A stretch of DNA of 57,314 bases from an uncultured Bacillota bacterium (GTDB lineage Bacteria > Bacillota_I > Bacilli_A > RF39 > UBA660). Location of the stretch: the NCBI GenBank assembly GCA_946540075.1, contig CAMNHZ010000001.1, positions 1-57,314 of the forward strand, written 5' to 3'. Of the stretch, positions 27,820-37,306 are shown piece after piece (position 1 is the stretch's first letter; the number at the start of each line of letters is the position of its first letter). Position numbers and translations under genes: made by a program. Below the pieces are notes generated by a model. The model was not told the DNA's origin, did not search any database, and saw nothing but the letters and a program-made list of their open reading frames with translations.

Positions 27820-28419
27820 ATGAATAAAAGTGTTATTGATAAGATAGATAATTTTAAGAAGAATTATGGAGTGAAGGATGTTGAGTTAATTAAGTGTGTA
27901 GATGATGGTTACATAGGTAAGAGAAGTTATAAAGTTACTTTAAATGATTCTAGTAATATAATTGTGGATAAAATTACTAAGAATAAAGAAAATGGCGATG
28001 CAATAGTTATTATTCCTATTACAGAAGATGATAAATTTGTAATGGTTATTCAATCTAGAGTAAATACACTAGAAGGTGTTTGCTTAGAGTTTCCTGCTGG
28101 AATGGTAGAAAAAGATGAAAATAAATATGATGCAGCCAGAAGAGAGTTGTTAGAAGAGACAGGTTATCAAGCAGATTATATGGAAAAGTTAGAGTGGCAT
28201 TACCAAGATCAAGGATGTAGTAGTGCTATTGTAACAACTTATGTAGCTTATGGTTGTAAGAGAATAGATTCTCTTAATCTAGATGAAAATGAAAGATTAG
28301 ATTATTTATTGATGAGTAAGGAAGATTTGAATGAGGCATTAGTAGATTCAAAGTATGGTATGAATGATGCTAATTCAAAGATTGCTTATATGAGTTATGT
28401 TTTAAAGAAAGAGGTTTAA
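27820..28419 (+). CDS. Nudix hydrolase, probable ADP-ribose pyrophosphatase
   Basis: 199 aa with an intact Nudix box GMVEKDENKYDAARRELLEETGY. Located inside the NAD operon. Confidence 0.7.
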   Translation: MNKSVIDKIDNFKKNYGVKDVELIKCVDDGYIGKRSYKVTLNDSSNIIVDKITKNKENGDAIVIIPITEDDKFVMVIQSRVNTLEGVCLEFPAGMVEKDENKYDAARRELLEETGYQADYMEKLEWHYQDQGCSSAIVTTYVAYGCKRIDSLNLDENERLDYLLMSKEDLNEALVDSKYGMNDANSKIAYMSYVLKKEV

Positions 28420-28422
28420 ATT

Positions 28423-29175
28423 ATGAAATATAAAAAGTTAGCTGATAATATTATTGAATTTATTAGAAATTATTATAAAGAAAACAATTTAAAAGGAGTA
28501 GTTATTGGCATAAGTGGAGGTAAAGATTCTGGAGTAGTAGCAGGATTATTTGTTAAAGCATTGGGTGCAGAAAATGTGCTTGGTGTATGGATGCCATGCC
28601 ATTCTAAAGATGAAGATAAAAGAAATGCTAAATTGGTTAGTGAACACTTTGGTTTTGAACTTAAAGAATTTGATTTAACTAATATGTATGAAAACTACGT
28701 TAAACAAATCAAAGATAATTATGAAGTGGATGATGAGGTTTTAGTAGATGCTAATATTAATGTTAAACCTAGAATGAGGACAGCAACACTTTATTATCAT
28801 GCTGCTATGATGAGTAAGATTAAAAAAGGTGGTTATATTGTTGCAGGTACTTCTAACAAATGTGAAATATATGTAGGTTATTTTACTAAAGGAGGCGACA
28901 ATGTAGCTGATATTCAAGTATTAGCTGATTTAACTGTAGAAGAAGTTATAGGTGTAGGTAAAGCTATTGGTGTGCCTAAAGTTGTTGTAAATAAAATTCC
29001 TGATGACGGTTTGTCTGGTCTAAGTGATGAAGAAAAACTTGGTGTTAAATATGATGATATAGCTAAAGTTATTAATGGTGAGAAAGTAGCACAAAATGTA
29101 AAAGAAAAAATAAAAAAATTGCACAAAAATAATGCACACAAGTTTAAAACACCAACATTTAAAAAAATTGCATAA
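28423..29175 (+). CDS. nadE: NH3-dependent NAD+ synthetase
   Basis: 250 aa with PP-loop GISGGKDSGV. Confidence 0.9.
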   Translation: MKYKKLADNIIEFIRNYYKENNLKGVVIGISGGKDSGVVAGLFVKALGAENVLGVWMPCHSKDEDKRNAKLVSEHFGFELKEFDLTNMYENYVKQIKDNYEVDDEVLVDANINVKPRMRTATLYYHAAMMSKIKKGGYIVAGTSNKCEIYVGYFTKGGDNVADIQVLADLTVEEVIGVGKAIGVPKVVVNKIPDDGLSGLSDEEKLGVKYDDIAKVINGEKVAQNVKEKIKKLHKNNAHKFKTPTFKKIA

Positions 29176-29203
29176 TAATAACTTAAATAAAGAAAATTAT
29201 TTT

Positions 29204-29235
29204 AAAACTTTTATAGTTTTTCTATAAAAGTTTTT
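29204..29235 (+). terminator. terminator after nadE
   Basis: 13-bp stem AAAACTTTTATAG / CTATAAAAGTTTT with a T5 loop. Confidence 0.6.
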
Positions 29236-29341
29236 ATGTTGAAAAATAATAATATACGGTATAACAGATAATAATTTATTTATTCTAATTATACTCGCTT
29301 TTAATTTTTTTGGATGTTTTTAATAAAATGTTAAAAAGATA

Positions 29342-29380
29342 TTGACAAAGTGTTTTGTTTTTAATATAATGTTAATAACA
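29342..29380 (+). promoter_or_regulatory. prs-rSAM-nadD operon promoter with the same operator
   Basis: TTGACA (29342-29347), 17-nt spacer, TATAAT (29365-29370). Operator TGTTTTTAA-TATAATG-TTAATAACA at 29356-29380 has one arm mismatch. The ~80 bp upstream are also paralogous to 25590-25626. Confidence 0.65.
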
Positions 29381-29402
29381 AAAAGAAATGGAGGCATTTT
29401 TT

Positions 29403-30482
29403 ATGAATAGAAAGTTAAAAATATTAGTAATGGATAATATTAGAGAATTAGGAGAAAAAGTTAATAATGAATTAAAAAAGATAAATAAGTGTGATCAAGA
29501 TTATTTACTAAATTTTAAGACTGATAGATTTAGTAATGGAGAGGGTAAAGCAAAGATATTGGAATCGGTTAGTGGAAGCGATTTATATATTTTAAGTGAT
29601 ATAGGTAATTATGGTATTAGTTATTTGTTACATGGTAGAGAACATTTTATGTCACCTGATGAGCATTTTGAAGATATTAAAAGAGTTATAGCTGCTATAT
29701 CAGGACATTCTTCCAAGATAAATGTTATTACACCTTTACTTTATGAATCTAGACAAGATAAGAGAAAAGGTAATGAATCACTTGATTGTGCAGTTGCTTT
29801 GCAAGAGTTAGAAGCAGCAGGAGTTAATAATGTAGTTACTTTTGATGCTCATAATCCTAGTGTATGTAACGCTATACCTAGGCTACCCTTTGAAAATTTT
29901 TATCCTACTCATACAATATTAGAAAACTTAATTGAACAAGAAAAATTGAAGGATGTATTAGTAGTAAGTCCTGATATGGGTGCTATGGAAAGAGCTAGAT
30001 ATTATGCTGATATGTTAAGTTGTGACGTTGGAGTATTTTATAAAAGACGTGATTTATCTAAAGTAATTAATGGAAAAAATCCAATTGTAGAGCATATGTA
30101 TATGGGAGCTGATCCTAGAAATAAAGATATACTAGTAGTAGATGATATGATAGCTTCAGGTTCATCTATGATAGAAGTTGCCGAAAATTTAAAAAGTAAA
30201 GGAGCTAGAAATATTTATCTAATCGCAACATTTGCTTTGTTTACAGAAGGAATAGAAAGTTTTGCTAATGCTTATAAAAAAGGTTTATTTAATAAATTAT
30301 ATAGTACTAATTTATCTTATGTACCTGATGATATTAAAAATAATGAATGGTATGTAGATGTAGATATGTCTAAGTATTTAGCGTTAATTATTGATACATT
30401 AAATAAGAAAAAAGACATTGAACCATTATGGAATGGCAAGAAGAAAATAATAAATAAAATTAGAAAGAATATTGGTGAATAA
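29403..30482 (+). CDS. divergent ribose-phosphate pyrophosphokinase (Prs) paralogue
   Basis: Contains RFSNGE, ESRQDKR, DAH, VVSPDMGAMERAR, YKRR and VVDDMIASGSS, with insertions relative to housekeeping Prs. Start taken at ATG 29403, because the track's ATG at 29388 lies inside the GGAGG RBS. Confidence 0.75.
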   Translation: MNRKLKILVMDNIRELGEKVNNELKKINKCDQDYLLNFKTDRFSNGEGKAKILESVSGSDLYILSDIGNYGISYLLHGREHFMSPDEHFEDIKRVIAAISGHSSKINVITPLLYESRQDKRKGNESLDCAVALQELEAAGVNNVVTFDAHNPSVCNAIPRLPFENFYPTHTILENLIEQEKLKDVLVVSPDMGAMERARYYADMLSCDVGVFYKRRDLSKVINGKNPIVEHMYMGADPRNKDILVVDDMIASGSSMIEVAENLKSKGARNIYLIATFALFTEGIESFANAYKKGLFNKLYSTNLSYVPDDIKNNEWYVDVDMSKYLALIIDTLNKKKDIEPLWNGKKKIINKIRKNIGE

Positions 30483-31257
30483 AATGAAAAATAACAGTAA
30501 AATAGAAATAGATCATATTGATATTGTTACAAGTCATATATGCAATAAAAATTGTGAACATTGTATAGATAAGTTTTTGCATTCAACTACTCAAACTATA
30601 TCTTTAGATGATATTGAAAAATTTTTAAATTTAATAAGATTATATACTGATAAAAAGTTAGAAGTTTTATTATTAGGAGGAGAACCAACAGTTTTACCTA
30701 AAGATAAATTAATAGCAATTAGTGAATTGGTTCATTCTAAAGGTTTTCTTTTAATGATGAGTACAAATGGAATATTAAAGAAAAAGATTATTGATTTAAT
30801 TCCTTATTTTGATTCTATACAAATTACGGTTAATAGTGATGATGAAATAGATTATTATAGAAAATGGTTAGATAAAATTAATATAAAATTGGCAGGAGAT
30901 GAAACATTAAATTATGATAAGTTAAAACATTTTATAGAATATACTAAAGGATTTAGTCGTCGCTCTGTTAGTATGTATTTTACACCTGATTTTCAAGAAT
31001 TATGTAATGATGAAAAAGTATGGGAATTATTAAATACTTTAGATTGGCAAAGAAATGGTTCCTATATGTATGCTTTTTATGAAGGTGTTAGATTTAAAAA
31101 ATGTATACATGAAGAAACTAATATAATTGATGAGCCAACAGTCCCAAAATTATATCCAAATGGTAATTATAATAAAACATGGGATGATGAAGAATTAGAT
31201 GATTATTTGAGTATGGAAGGAAATAGTTGGACTAAAAAGTTAACTATTAGGAGATGA
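30472..31257 (+). CDS. radical SAM enzyme of unknown function
   Basis: 261 aa with CNKNCEHC (CxxxCxxC) near the N-terminus and LLGGEPT. It overlaps the prs stop (alternative start at 30484), and its own stop overlaps ATG 31254 of the nadD ORF. Confidence 0.7.
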   Translation: MVNKMKNNSKIEIDHIDIVTSHICNKNCEHCIDKFLHSTTQTISLDDIEKFLNLIRLYTDKKLEVLLLGGEPTVLPKDKLIAISELVHSKGFLLMMSTNGILKKKIIDLIPYFDSIQITVNSDDEIDYYRKWLDKINIKLAGDETLNYDKLKHFIEYTKGFSRRSVSMYFTPDFQELCNDEKVWELLNTLDWQRNGSYMYAFYEGVRFKKCIHEETNIIDEPTVPKLYPNGNYNKTWDDEELDDYLSMEGNSWTKKLTIRR

Positions 31258-31262
31258 TATTG

Positions 31263-31847
31263 ATGAAAATAGGAATATTTGGTGGAAGTTTTAATCCTGT
31301 ACATAAGATGCATATTGATATTGTAATGTACTTACTGAAACACAACTATGTTGATAAAGTTATATTTGTTCCAACAGGTATTAAATATGAGTATAAAAAT
31401 AATTTAATTGATAATAATTATCGTTATGAAATGTTAAAACTTGTTTGTGAAAATAATATGGATGTAAGTGATTATGAATTTAAAGACAAAGTTGTCTATA
31501 CATGTGAAACACTAAAGTATTTTAAAGATGCGAATAAAAATGATGAAATATATTTTATATGTGGTGCGGATAATTTAAGTTATATTGATAAGTGGAAAAA
31601 TGGTTTGGATATTTTGAAAGAATATAAAGTATTAGTTATTAATAGGGAAGGTAATGATACTGGAGAATTACTTAAAAAATATAGAAAATATAAAGATAAT
31701 ATTATTATTGTTCCAATGGTTATGAATGGTGTATCTTCTACAATAATTAGAAAAAAAATAGAAAATAACGAAAATGTTGATGAATTAGTTGATAATCGTG
31801 TAGTAAAATATATAAGTGATAATGAATTATATAAAAGGATTAGATAA
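31263..31847 (+). CDS. nadD: nicotinate-nucleotide adenylyltransferase
   Basis: MKIGIFGGSFNPVHKMH (HxGH-type motif) and SSTIIRKK. Start taken at 31263, downstream of the AGGAG RBS. Confidence 0.9.
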   Translation: MKIGIFGGSFNPVHKMHIDIVMYLLKHNYVDKVIFVPTGIKYEYKNNLIDNNYRYEMLKLVCENNMDVSDYEFKDKVVYTCETLKYFKDANKNDEIYFICGADNLSYIDKWKNGLDILKEYKVLVINREGNDTGELLKKYRKYKDNIIIVPMVMNGVSSTIIRKKIENNENVDELVDNRVVKYISDNELYKRIR

Positions 31848-32070
31848 TAAATTTATCTTTAGCTGAAATTGATACTACTATGGAATCTTGTCTAGGAGGT
31901 TCTGTAGTAGTGTTATTTCTTTGATTAATTTTTTGCTGAAGTCTTTTGTATTAATTAAAGTTCTGTCTAAATTAATATATATTGTCATATAAAAGTTTTC
32001 ATTTGTGTGATAGTGTATCATTTTTTGATAAATTTTGTTATAATTTTGTTTGAGAGGTGTTATTAGTATT

Positions 32071-32892
32071 ATGTATAAAAGTGAAAAAGAATTTTTAGAA
32101 GCTTATAATCCAGAAGAATTTGATAGATTATCTATCACAACAGATATATTATTGTTATCTATTAGTGACGAAGAAACAGCTAATTATAGAAAGACAAGTA
32201 AGAAACATATGAGCGTTTTACTTGTTAAAAGAGATGATTATCCATTTAAGGGTAAGTGGTGTTTGCCAGGAGGTTTTTTGCAAGTTGATGAAGAATTAGA
32301 AGATTGTCCTAAGAGAATATTGGAAAAAGAAACTAATATAAAGGATATTTACTTAGAACAATTATATACTTTTGGTGGAATAAATCGAGATCCACGTATG
32401 AGAATTGTATCTACTTCTTATATGGCTTTAGTTGATAAGAATAGATTAAAAGATAAGTTAGCAAGTAACGCATCTTGGTTTAATATTAAATATTTTGACG
32501 AAGATAATGAAGTAGTAGTGGTTTTAGATAATGAAATTGATACTTTAACATTTAAAATACGAAAGACATTAAAAGAAAAGACTACTGATAGATATAAATT
32601 TGAAATTATAGAAAATGAATCACTTGCTTTTGACCACCCATTAGTTATATTAAATGGAATAGAAAGATTAAAGAATAAAGTTAATTATACTGATGTAGTA
32701 TTTAATATGATGCCTGAATTATTTACTTTAGGGGATTTACAACAAGTTTATGAAGTCATACTAAATAAAAAGTTACTTGATCCTGCATTTAGAAGAATTA
32801 TTGCTAATAAAGTCGAAAAGACAGAGTTTGTAGAAAGAGGAGCCGGACATAGACCATCAGTTCTATTTAGATATAAAAATAATCAAAAATAA
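32071..32892 (+). CDS. nrtR: Nudix-related transcriptional regulator NrtR
   Basis: Degenerate Nudix box GGFLQVDEELEDCPKRILEKETNI plus a C-terminal winged-helix segment FTLGDLQQVYEVILNKKLLDPAFRRII..GAGHRPSVLFRY. Start taken at ATG 32071 rather than the TTG at 32050. Confidence 0.85.
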   Translation: MYKSEKEFLEAYNPEEFDRLSITTDILLLSISDEETANYRKTSKKHMSVLLVKRDDYPFKGKWCLPGGFLQVDEELEDCPKRILEKETNIKDIYLEQLYTFGGINRDPRMRIVSTSYMALVDKNRLKDKLASNASWFNIKYFDEDNEVVVVLDNEIDTLTFKIRKTLKEKTTDRYKFEIIENESLAFDHPLVILNGIERLKNKVNYTDVVFNMMPELFTLGDLQQVYEVILNKKLLDPAFRRIIANKVEKTEFVERGAGHRPSVLFRYKNNQK

Positions 32893-32916
32893 ATAGAATA
32901 TTTAAAAATATTGGTG

Positions 32917-33117
32917 CTAATAATTTAGATAATTTGCTGTTTTTATTAGACACATAACATAAAATATAGACAAGGGGGAATTCTAGTAAGCTCCTTGTTT
33001 TTTTAATAAAAAAATGATAAAATTATATAATTAAAATTGTCAATCAATTATATTTAATGTTAACTTATATTTATAACTAGAAATACCATTAGATTAATCT
33101 AAAACACATTTATTTTA
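32917..33117. repeat. right copy of the imperfect direct repeat bracketing the NAD module
   Basis: See 25389-25561. It covers the nrtR terminator and the region upstream of uvrB. Confidence 0.75.
32969..33005 (+). terminator. rho-independent terminator after nrtR
   Basis: ACAAGG (32970-32975) / CCTTGT (32993-32998) followed by T8. Confidence 0.65.
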
Positions 33118-33151
33118 ATTAATAAAAAAGCCATAAAGAAAGGAGTCAAAT

Positions 33152-35101
33152 ATGTTTAAACTTAATGCATCATTTAAACCTAGCGGAGATCAACCAAAAG
33201 CAATAAAAGAATTGGTAGAAAATATAAAAACGGGAAAAAAAGAACAAGTGTTATTGGGAGTAACTGGGTCAGGTAAAACATTTACAATGGCAAATGTAAT
33301 AAAAGAAATAAACAAACCAACATTAATTTTGGCACATAACAAAACACTTGCAGGTCAATTATATGCAGAATTTAAGGAATTATTTCCCAACAATCATGTA
33401 TGTTATTTTGTATCATATTATGATTACTATCAACCAGAAGCATATGTTGCAAAAACAGATACATATATAGAAAAAGATGCATCTATAAATGATGAAATAG
33501 ATGAACTTAGACATTATGCTACTTCATCATTACTTAATTATGATGATGTTATAGTAGTCGCATCAGTATCATGTATTTATGGTATTGGGGAGATAGAAGA
33601 ATATGAAAAAAAGGTATTAACCCTAAGTGTTGGTGATGAAATCGACAGGGATTTAGTTTTAGAAAAATTAGTGGAGATGCTTTATGAAAGAAATAATATC
33701 GATTTAAAACGTGGTACTTTTAGAGTTCGTGGTGATGTATTGGAGATTATTCCGATTAGTCAACATGGAAAAGGTATCAGAATTGAGTTTTTCGGTGATG
33801 AAATAGATCGAATTAATGAGTTCGATACTTTAACAGGAACTATTCTATCATCTAAGAATGTTATTAGTATTTTCCCTGCTAGCCACTTTGTTACAAGTGA
33901 AGATAAATTAAAAGTTGCTATAAAAAATATTCGAAAAGAATTAGACGAACGATTAAAGTATTTTAAAGATAATAATAAATTGTTGGAATATCAAAGACTA
34001 CAAGAAAGAACTAATTATGATTTGGAAATGTTGGAGGAAACAGGATTTTGTAGAGGAGTAGAGAATTATTCTAGACAAATAGCATTAAAAGAGGCAGGAG
34101 CTACTCCAACAACTTTATTAGACTTTTTTAATAAAGATTTTCTATTATTTATTGATGAATCTCATGTAACATTACCACAAGTACGAGGAATGTTTAATGG
34201 AGATCAAGCAAGAAAAAAAGTTTTAGTTGACTATGGATTTAGACTTCCAAGTGCGATGGATAATCGACCATTAAAATTTGATGAGTTTAAATCTAAACTC
34301 GATAATGTTATATATGTTTCTGCTACTCCAGGTGATTATGAACTTGATAAATGCAATCATGAATACGTAGAACAAGTAATACGACCTACAGGATTATTAG
34401 ATCCTAAAATACAAGTGCGCTCTTCAAAAGGCCAAATAGATGATTTAGTAGAAGAAATACATAAGAGAATTAATAGAAATGAAAGAGTTCTAATAACTAC
34501 ATTAACAATTAGAATGTCAGAAGAGCTAACTACATATTTAAAGAAAATTGATATAAAAGTGGCGTATTTACATAATGAAATAAAAACATTGGAACGTCTT
34601 CGTATTGTAAGAGATTTAAGACTTGGTAAGTATGATGTTGTAGTAGGTATTAATCTTTTAAGAGAAGGTATAGATATTCCAGAGGTAAGTCTTATTGCTA
34701 TAATGGATGCAGACAAACAAGGATTTTTAAGAAGTACAAGAAGTTTAATTCAAACAATAGGAAGAGCTGCTAGAAATGCCAACGGTGAGGTAATAATGTA
34801 TGCTGATACGATAAGTGATTCAATGAAAGAAGCAATCGAAGAAACACAAAGAAGACGTAGTATTCAAGAAGAATATAATAAAAAACATAATATCGTACCT
34901 AAGACTATAGTAAAAGAAATAAGGGAAGTAGTATCGAACGCAGGTAAAGAAGAAAAAACAGAAACAAGAATGACAAAAGAGGAAAGAAAACAATTAATAG
35001 TAAAAGTAGAAAATGAAATGAAAGAAGCAGCTAAAAATTTAGACTTCGAACGTGCAATGGAATTGCGTGATATTTTATATGAATTAAAGAGTGATATGTA
35101 A
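33152..35101 (+). CDS. uvrB: excinuclease ABC subunit B
   Basis: 649 aa: [14 protein letters not shown], helicase motifs, C-terminal UVR domain [11 protein letters not shown]. Confidence 0.97.
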   Translation: MFKLNASFKPSGDQPKAIKELVENIKTGKKEQVLLGVTGSGKTFTMANVIKEINKPTLILAHNKTLAGQLYAEFKELFPNNHVCYFVSYYDYYQPEAYVAKTDTYIEKDASINDEIDELRHYATSSLLNYDDVIVVASVSCIYGIGEIEEYEKKVLTLSVGDEIDRDLVLEKLVEMLYERNNIDLKRGTFRVRGDVLEIIPISQHGKGIRIEFFGDEIDRINEFDTLTGTILSSKNVISIFPASHFVTSEDKLKVAIKNIRKELDERLKYFKDNNKLLEYQRLQERTNYDLEMLEETGFCRGVENYSRQIALKEAGATPTTLLDFFNKDFLLFIDESHVTLPQVRGMFNGDQARKKVLVDYGFRLPSAMDNRPLKFDEFKSKLDNVIYVSATPGDYELDKCNHEYVEQVIRPTGLLDPKIQVRSSKGQIDDLVEEIHKRINRNERVLITTLTIRMSEELTTYLKKIDIKVAYLHNEIKTLERLRIVRDLRLGKYDVVVGINLLREGIDIPEVSLIAIMDADKQGFLRSTRSLIQTIGRAARNANGEVIMYADTISDSMKEAIEETQRRRSIQEEYNKKHNIVPKTIVKEIREVVSNAGKEEKTETRMTKEERKQLIVKVENEMKEAAKNLDFERAMELRDILYELKSDM

Positions 35102-35946
35102 TGAAAAGATTCAAGAGAATTTATGTAGAAATAACAAATATTTGTAATATGAATTGTGATTTTTGTTCAAAGACCAATCGAATAAAAAAAGAAATGAGTG
35201 TTCCAGAGTTTTCACATGTTTTAGATGAAATAAAGGAATATACCGATTATATATATATTCATGTAAAAGGAGAACCTTTATTACACTCTAATTTAGATCG
35301 AATATTAGATTTGTGTACAAAGAACAATATAAAAGTAAATATCACAACAAATGGCACAATGTTATATAAAAAATTAGATATAATATTAAAAAATAACTGT
35401 GTTAGACAGATTAATATATCGTTGCACAGTTTTGATGGAAAAGAAGATAATTATATAGATAATCTTATGGAAGCGGTATCTAAACTTACTAAAAAAGGTG
35501 TATATATTGTATATAGATTTTGGACATTAAAAGATAATAAATTATCATTATCTAATAAAAAATTATTAGATAAAATTGAAAACCATTACAAATTAGATAA
35601 TAAAATGCATAAAATTATTTTAGAAAAAGAAAATATAAGAATAGATAATAATACATATATAAACAAAGGAAAAGAATTTTGTTGGCCAACATTGAATAAT
35701 GGAATATATAGTGAAAAAGGGACTTGTATTGGTCTTAAAAATCAAATTGCTATTTTGTCGGATGGTACAATAGTCCCTTGTTGTTTGGATGCTGAAGGTA
35801 TCATAAGTTTGGGAAATATATTTCAAGATAGTTTTAAAAATATTGTAAATTCTAAAGAAGTAGATAGTATTATTAATGGTTTTAATAATAATAAAAAAAT
35901 AAAAGAGTTATGTAAGCATTGTAATTTTTATGAGACTTTTAAATAA
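35101..35946 (+). CDS. radical SAM/SPASM-domain protein
   Basis: 281 aa: CNMNCDFC, KGEPLL, and a C-terminal Cys cluster (CCLDAEG..CKHCNF). Its ATG overlaps the uvrB TAA (ATGTAATG). Confidence 0.8.
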   Translation: MKRFKRIYVEITNICNMNCDFCSKTNRIKKEMSVPEFSHVLDEIKEYTDYIYIHVKGEPLLHSNLDRILDLCTKNNIKVNITTNGTMLYKKLDIILKNNCVRQINISLHSFDGKEDNYIDNLMEAVSKLTKKGVYIVYRFWTLKDNKLSLSNKKLLDKIENHYKLDNKMHKIILEKENIRIDNNTYINKGKEFCWPTLNNGIYSEKGTCIGLKNQIAILSDGTIVPCCLDAEGIISLGNIFQDSFKNIVNSKEVDSIINGFNNNKKIKELCKHCNFYETFK

Positions 35947-36006
35947 ATATCTGAGTTAATAGTACATTGTTTATTATTTCTTTTTTTGTTATAATTATAT
36001 ACGGAG

Positions 36007-36417
36007 ATGAATGAAGTGAATTATGCTAAGAAAAAGAAACCTTTATTAAGTTTTATTGATTGGTTAGTGCATATGATTGCATATGGATTAATTTTAATTT
36101 TAACATCATATATATTTAAAAAGACAGTATATATACAATCATGGATGTGGGGATTTGTAGCAGCTGTTATAATATATTTACTTAATAAAACAGTGAAACC
36201 ATTAGTGTTTTGGTTAACACTACCAATTACAGGGTTAACTTTCGGGTTATTTTATATTTTTATAAATGTAGCTACTTTAAAATTGGTGCAATATATAACT
36301 ATTAATCATTTTATAATAACTGGATATATTATGCCTTTTATTGTTGCTTGTTTTATATCTATAATGAATATTTTGATTGATGAATTAGTAATAAATAAAT
36401 TTAAAAAGAGAGGTTGA
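36007..36417 (+). CDS. YvlD-like membrane protein (phage holin 4 superfamily fold)
   Basis: 136 aa with 4 TM segments and VKPLVFWLTLPITGLTFGLFYIFINV. Precedes lgt, as the yvl genes do in Bacillus. Confidence 0.55.
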   Translation: MNEVNYAKKKKPLLSFIDWLVHMIAYGLILILTSYIFKKTVYIQSWMWGFVAAVIIYLLNKTVKPLVFWLTLPITGLTFGLFYIFINVATLKLVQYITINHFIITGYIMPFIVACFISIMNILIDELVINKFKKRG

Positions 36418-36421
36418 GAAT

Positions 36422-37237
36422 GTGAATCCTATATTATTTCAAATTGGTCCAATTGTAATATATTGGTATTCTTTGATGATATTTATCGCACTCTTTGTAG
36501 GAGGATCTCTAGCTTTAAAAGAGTGTAAAAAATGGAAAATAGAAGAAGATACTATAATCGATATGTTCTTTTATTTAATTCCTATATCAATAATTGGTGC
36601 TAGATTGTATTTTGTTTTATTTCATTATAGTTATTATAGTAAAAATTTACTTGATATTATTAAAATATGGGAAGGCGGACTTGCAATACATGGTGGTATG
36701 ATTGCAGGATTAGCTTGGATTGTTTATTATACAAAGAAGTATAAGATTAATACTATTAGAATGTTAGATATCATTGTTACGAGTTTGATAATTGGTCAGG
36801 CAATTGGTAGATGGGGAAATTTCATGAATCAAGAAGCATATGGATCAGTAACAACTTTAGGCGTGTTAAAAGGACTACATATTCCTAAGTTTATTATTGA
36901 TGGTATGCTAATTGGTGGTAAATATCATCATCCAACATTTTTGTATGAATCAATATGGTGTATTATCGGATTTGTTTTATTAATAGTTTGGAGAAATCGT
37001 AAATATACCAAACTTGGAAGTACAACCGCATTATACTTAATTTGGTATGGAATAGGAAGATTCTTAATAGAGTCTTTACGTACCGATAGTTTGATGTTAG
37101 GTAATTTTAAAATGGCTCAAATAGTATCAATTATAATGGTAGTTTTAGGAGTAGTAATATTCCGTTTAATTAATAAAACTTCAAAATTTGATAATCTATA
37201 TAATAATGTAAAATTACAGATAAGAGATAACAAATAA
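36422..37237 (+). CDS. lgt: prolipoprotein diacylglyceryl transferase
   Basis: 271 aa with a GTG start: WEGGLAIHGG, GRWGNFMNQE, GRFLIESLRTD. Confidence 0.93.
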   Translation: MNPILFQIGPIVIYWYSLMIFIALFVGGSLALKECKKWKIEEDTIIDMFFYLIPISIIGARLYFVLFHYSYYSKNLLDIIKIWEGGLAIHGGMIAGLAWIVYYTKKYKINTIRMLDIIVTSLIIGQAIGRWGNFMNQEAYGSVTTLGVLKGLHIPKFIIDGMLIGGKYHHPTFLYESIWCIIGFVLLIVWRNRKYTKLGSTTALYLIWYGIGRFLIESLRTDSLMLGNFKMAQIVSIIMVVLGVVIFRLINKTSKFDNLYNNVKLQIRDNK

Positions 37238-37306
37238 TTTGTTGTCTTTTCTTGTTTTATGAGGCAAAATATAGTATATTATTATAAGTAGAAAAGGAGG
37301 TATATT

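Noticed and set aside
33000-33151. Looked for a LexA (Cheo) box GAAC-N4-GTTC upstream of uvrB
   Set aside because: No such motif is visible between the nrtR terminator and the uvrB start, so no SOS operator is claimed.
34357-34716. 119-aa antisense ORF inside uvrB. Similar antisense ORFs occur at 447-659, 934-1266, 7161-7358, 10458-10730, 14105-14395, 16173-16436, 19604-19861, 23433-24351, 28914-29141, 41874-42157, 44660-44917, 45412-45627, 46198-46551, 46891-47232, 48148-48390, 51307-51540, 54880-55110 and 56165-56347
   Set aside because: All are embedded antisense or out of frame in strongly supported conserved genes. They are low-complexity (Ser/Ile/Leu/Phe-rich) and lack RBS, as expected for shadow ORFs.
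36007-36417. A 'phage holin' family protein as a sign of a prophage
   Set aside because: There are no phage structural, lysis or integrase genes nearby. YvlD-type proteins of this fold are ordinary chromosomal membrane proteins found next to lgt.
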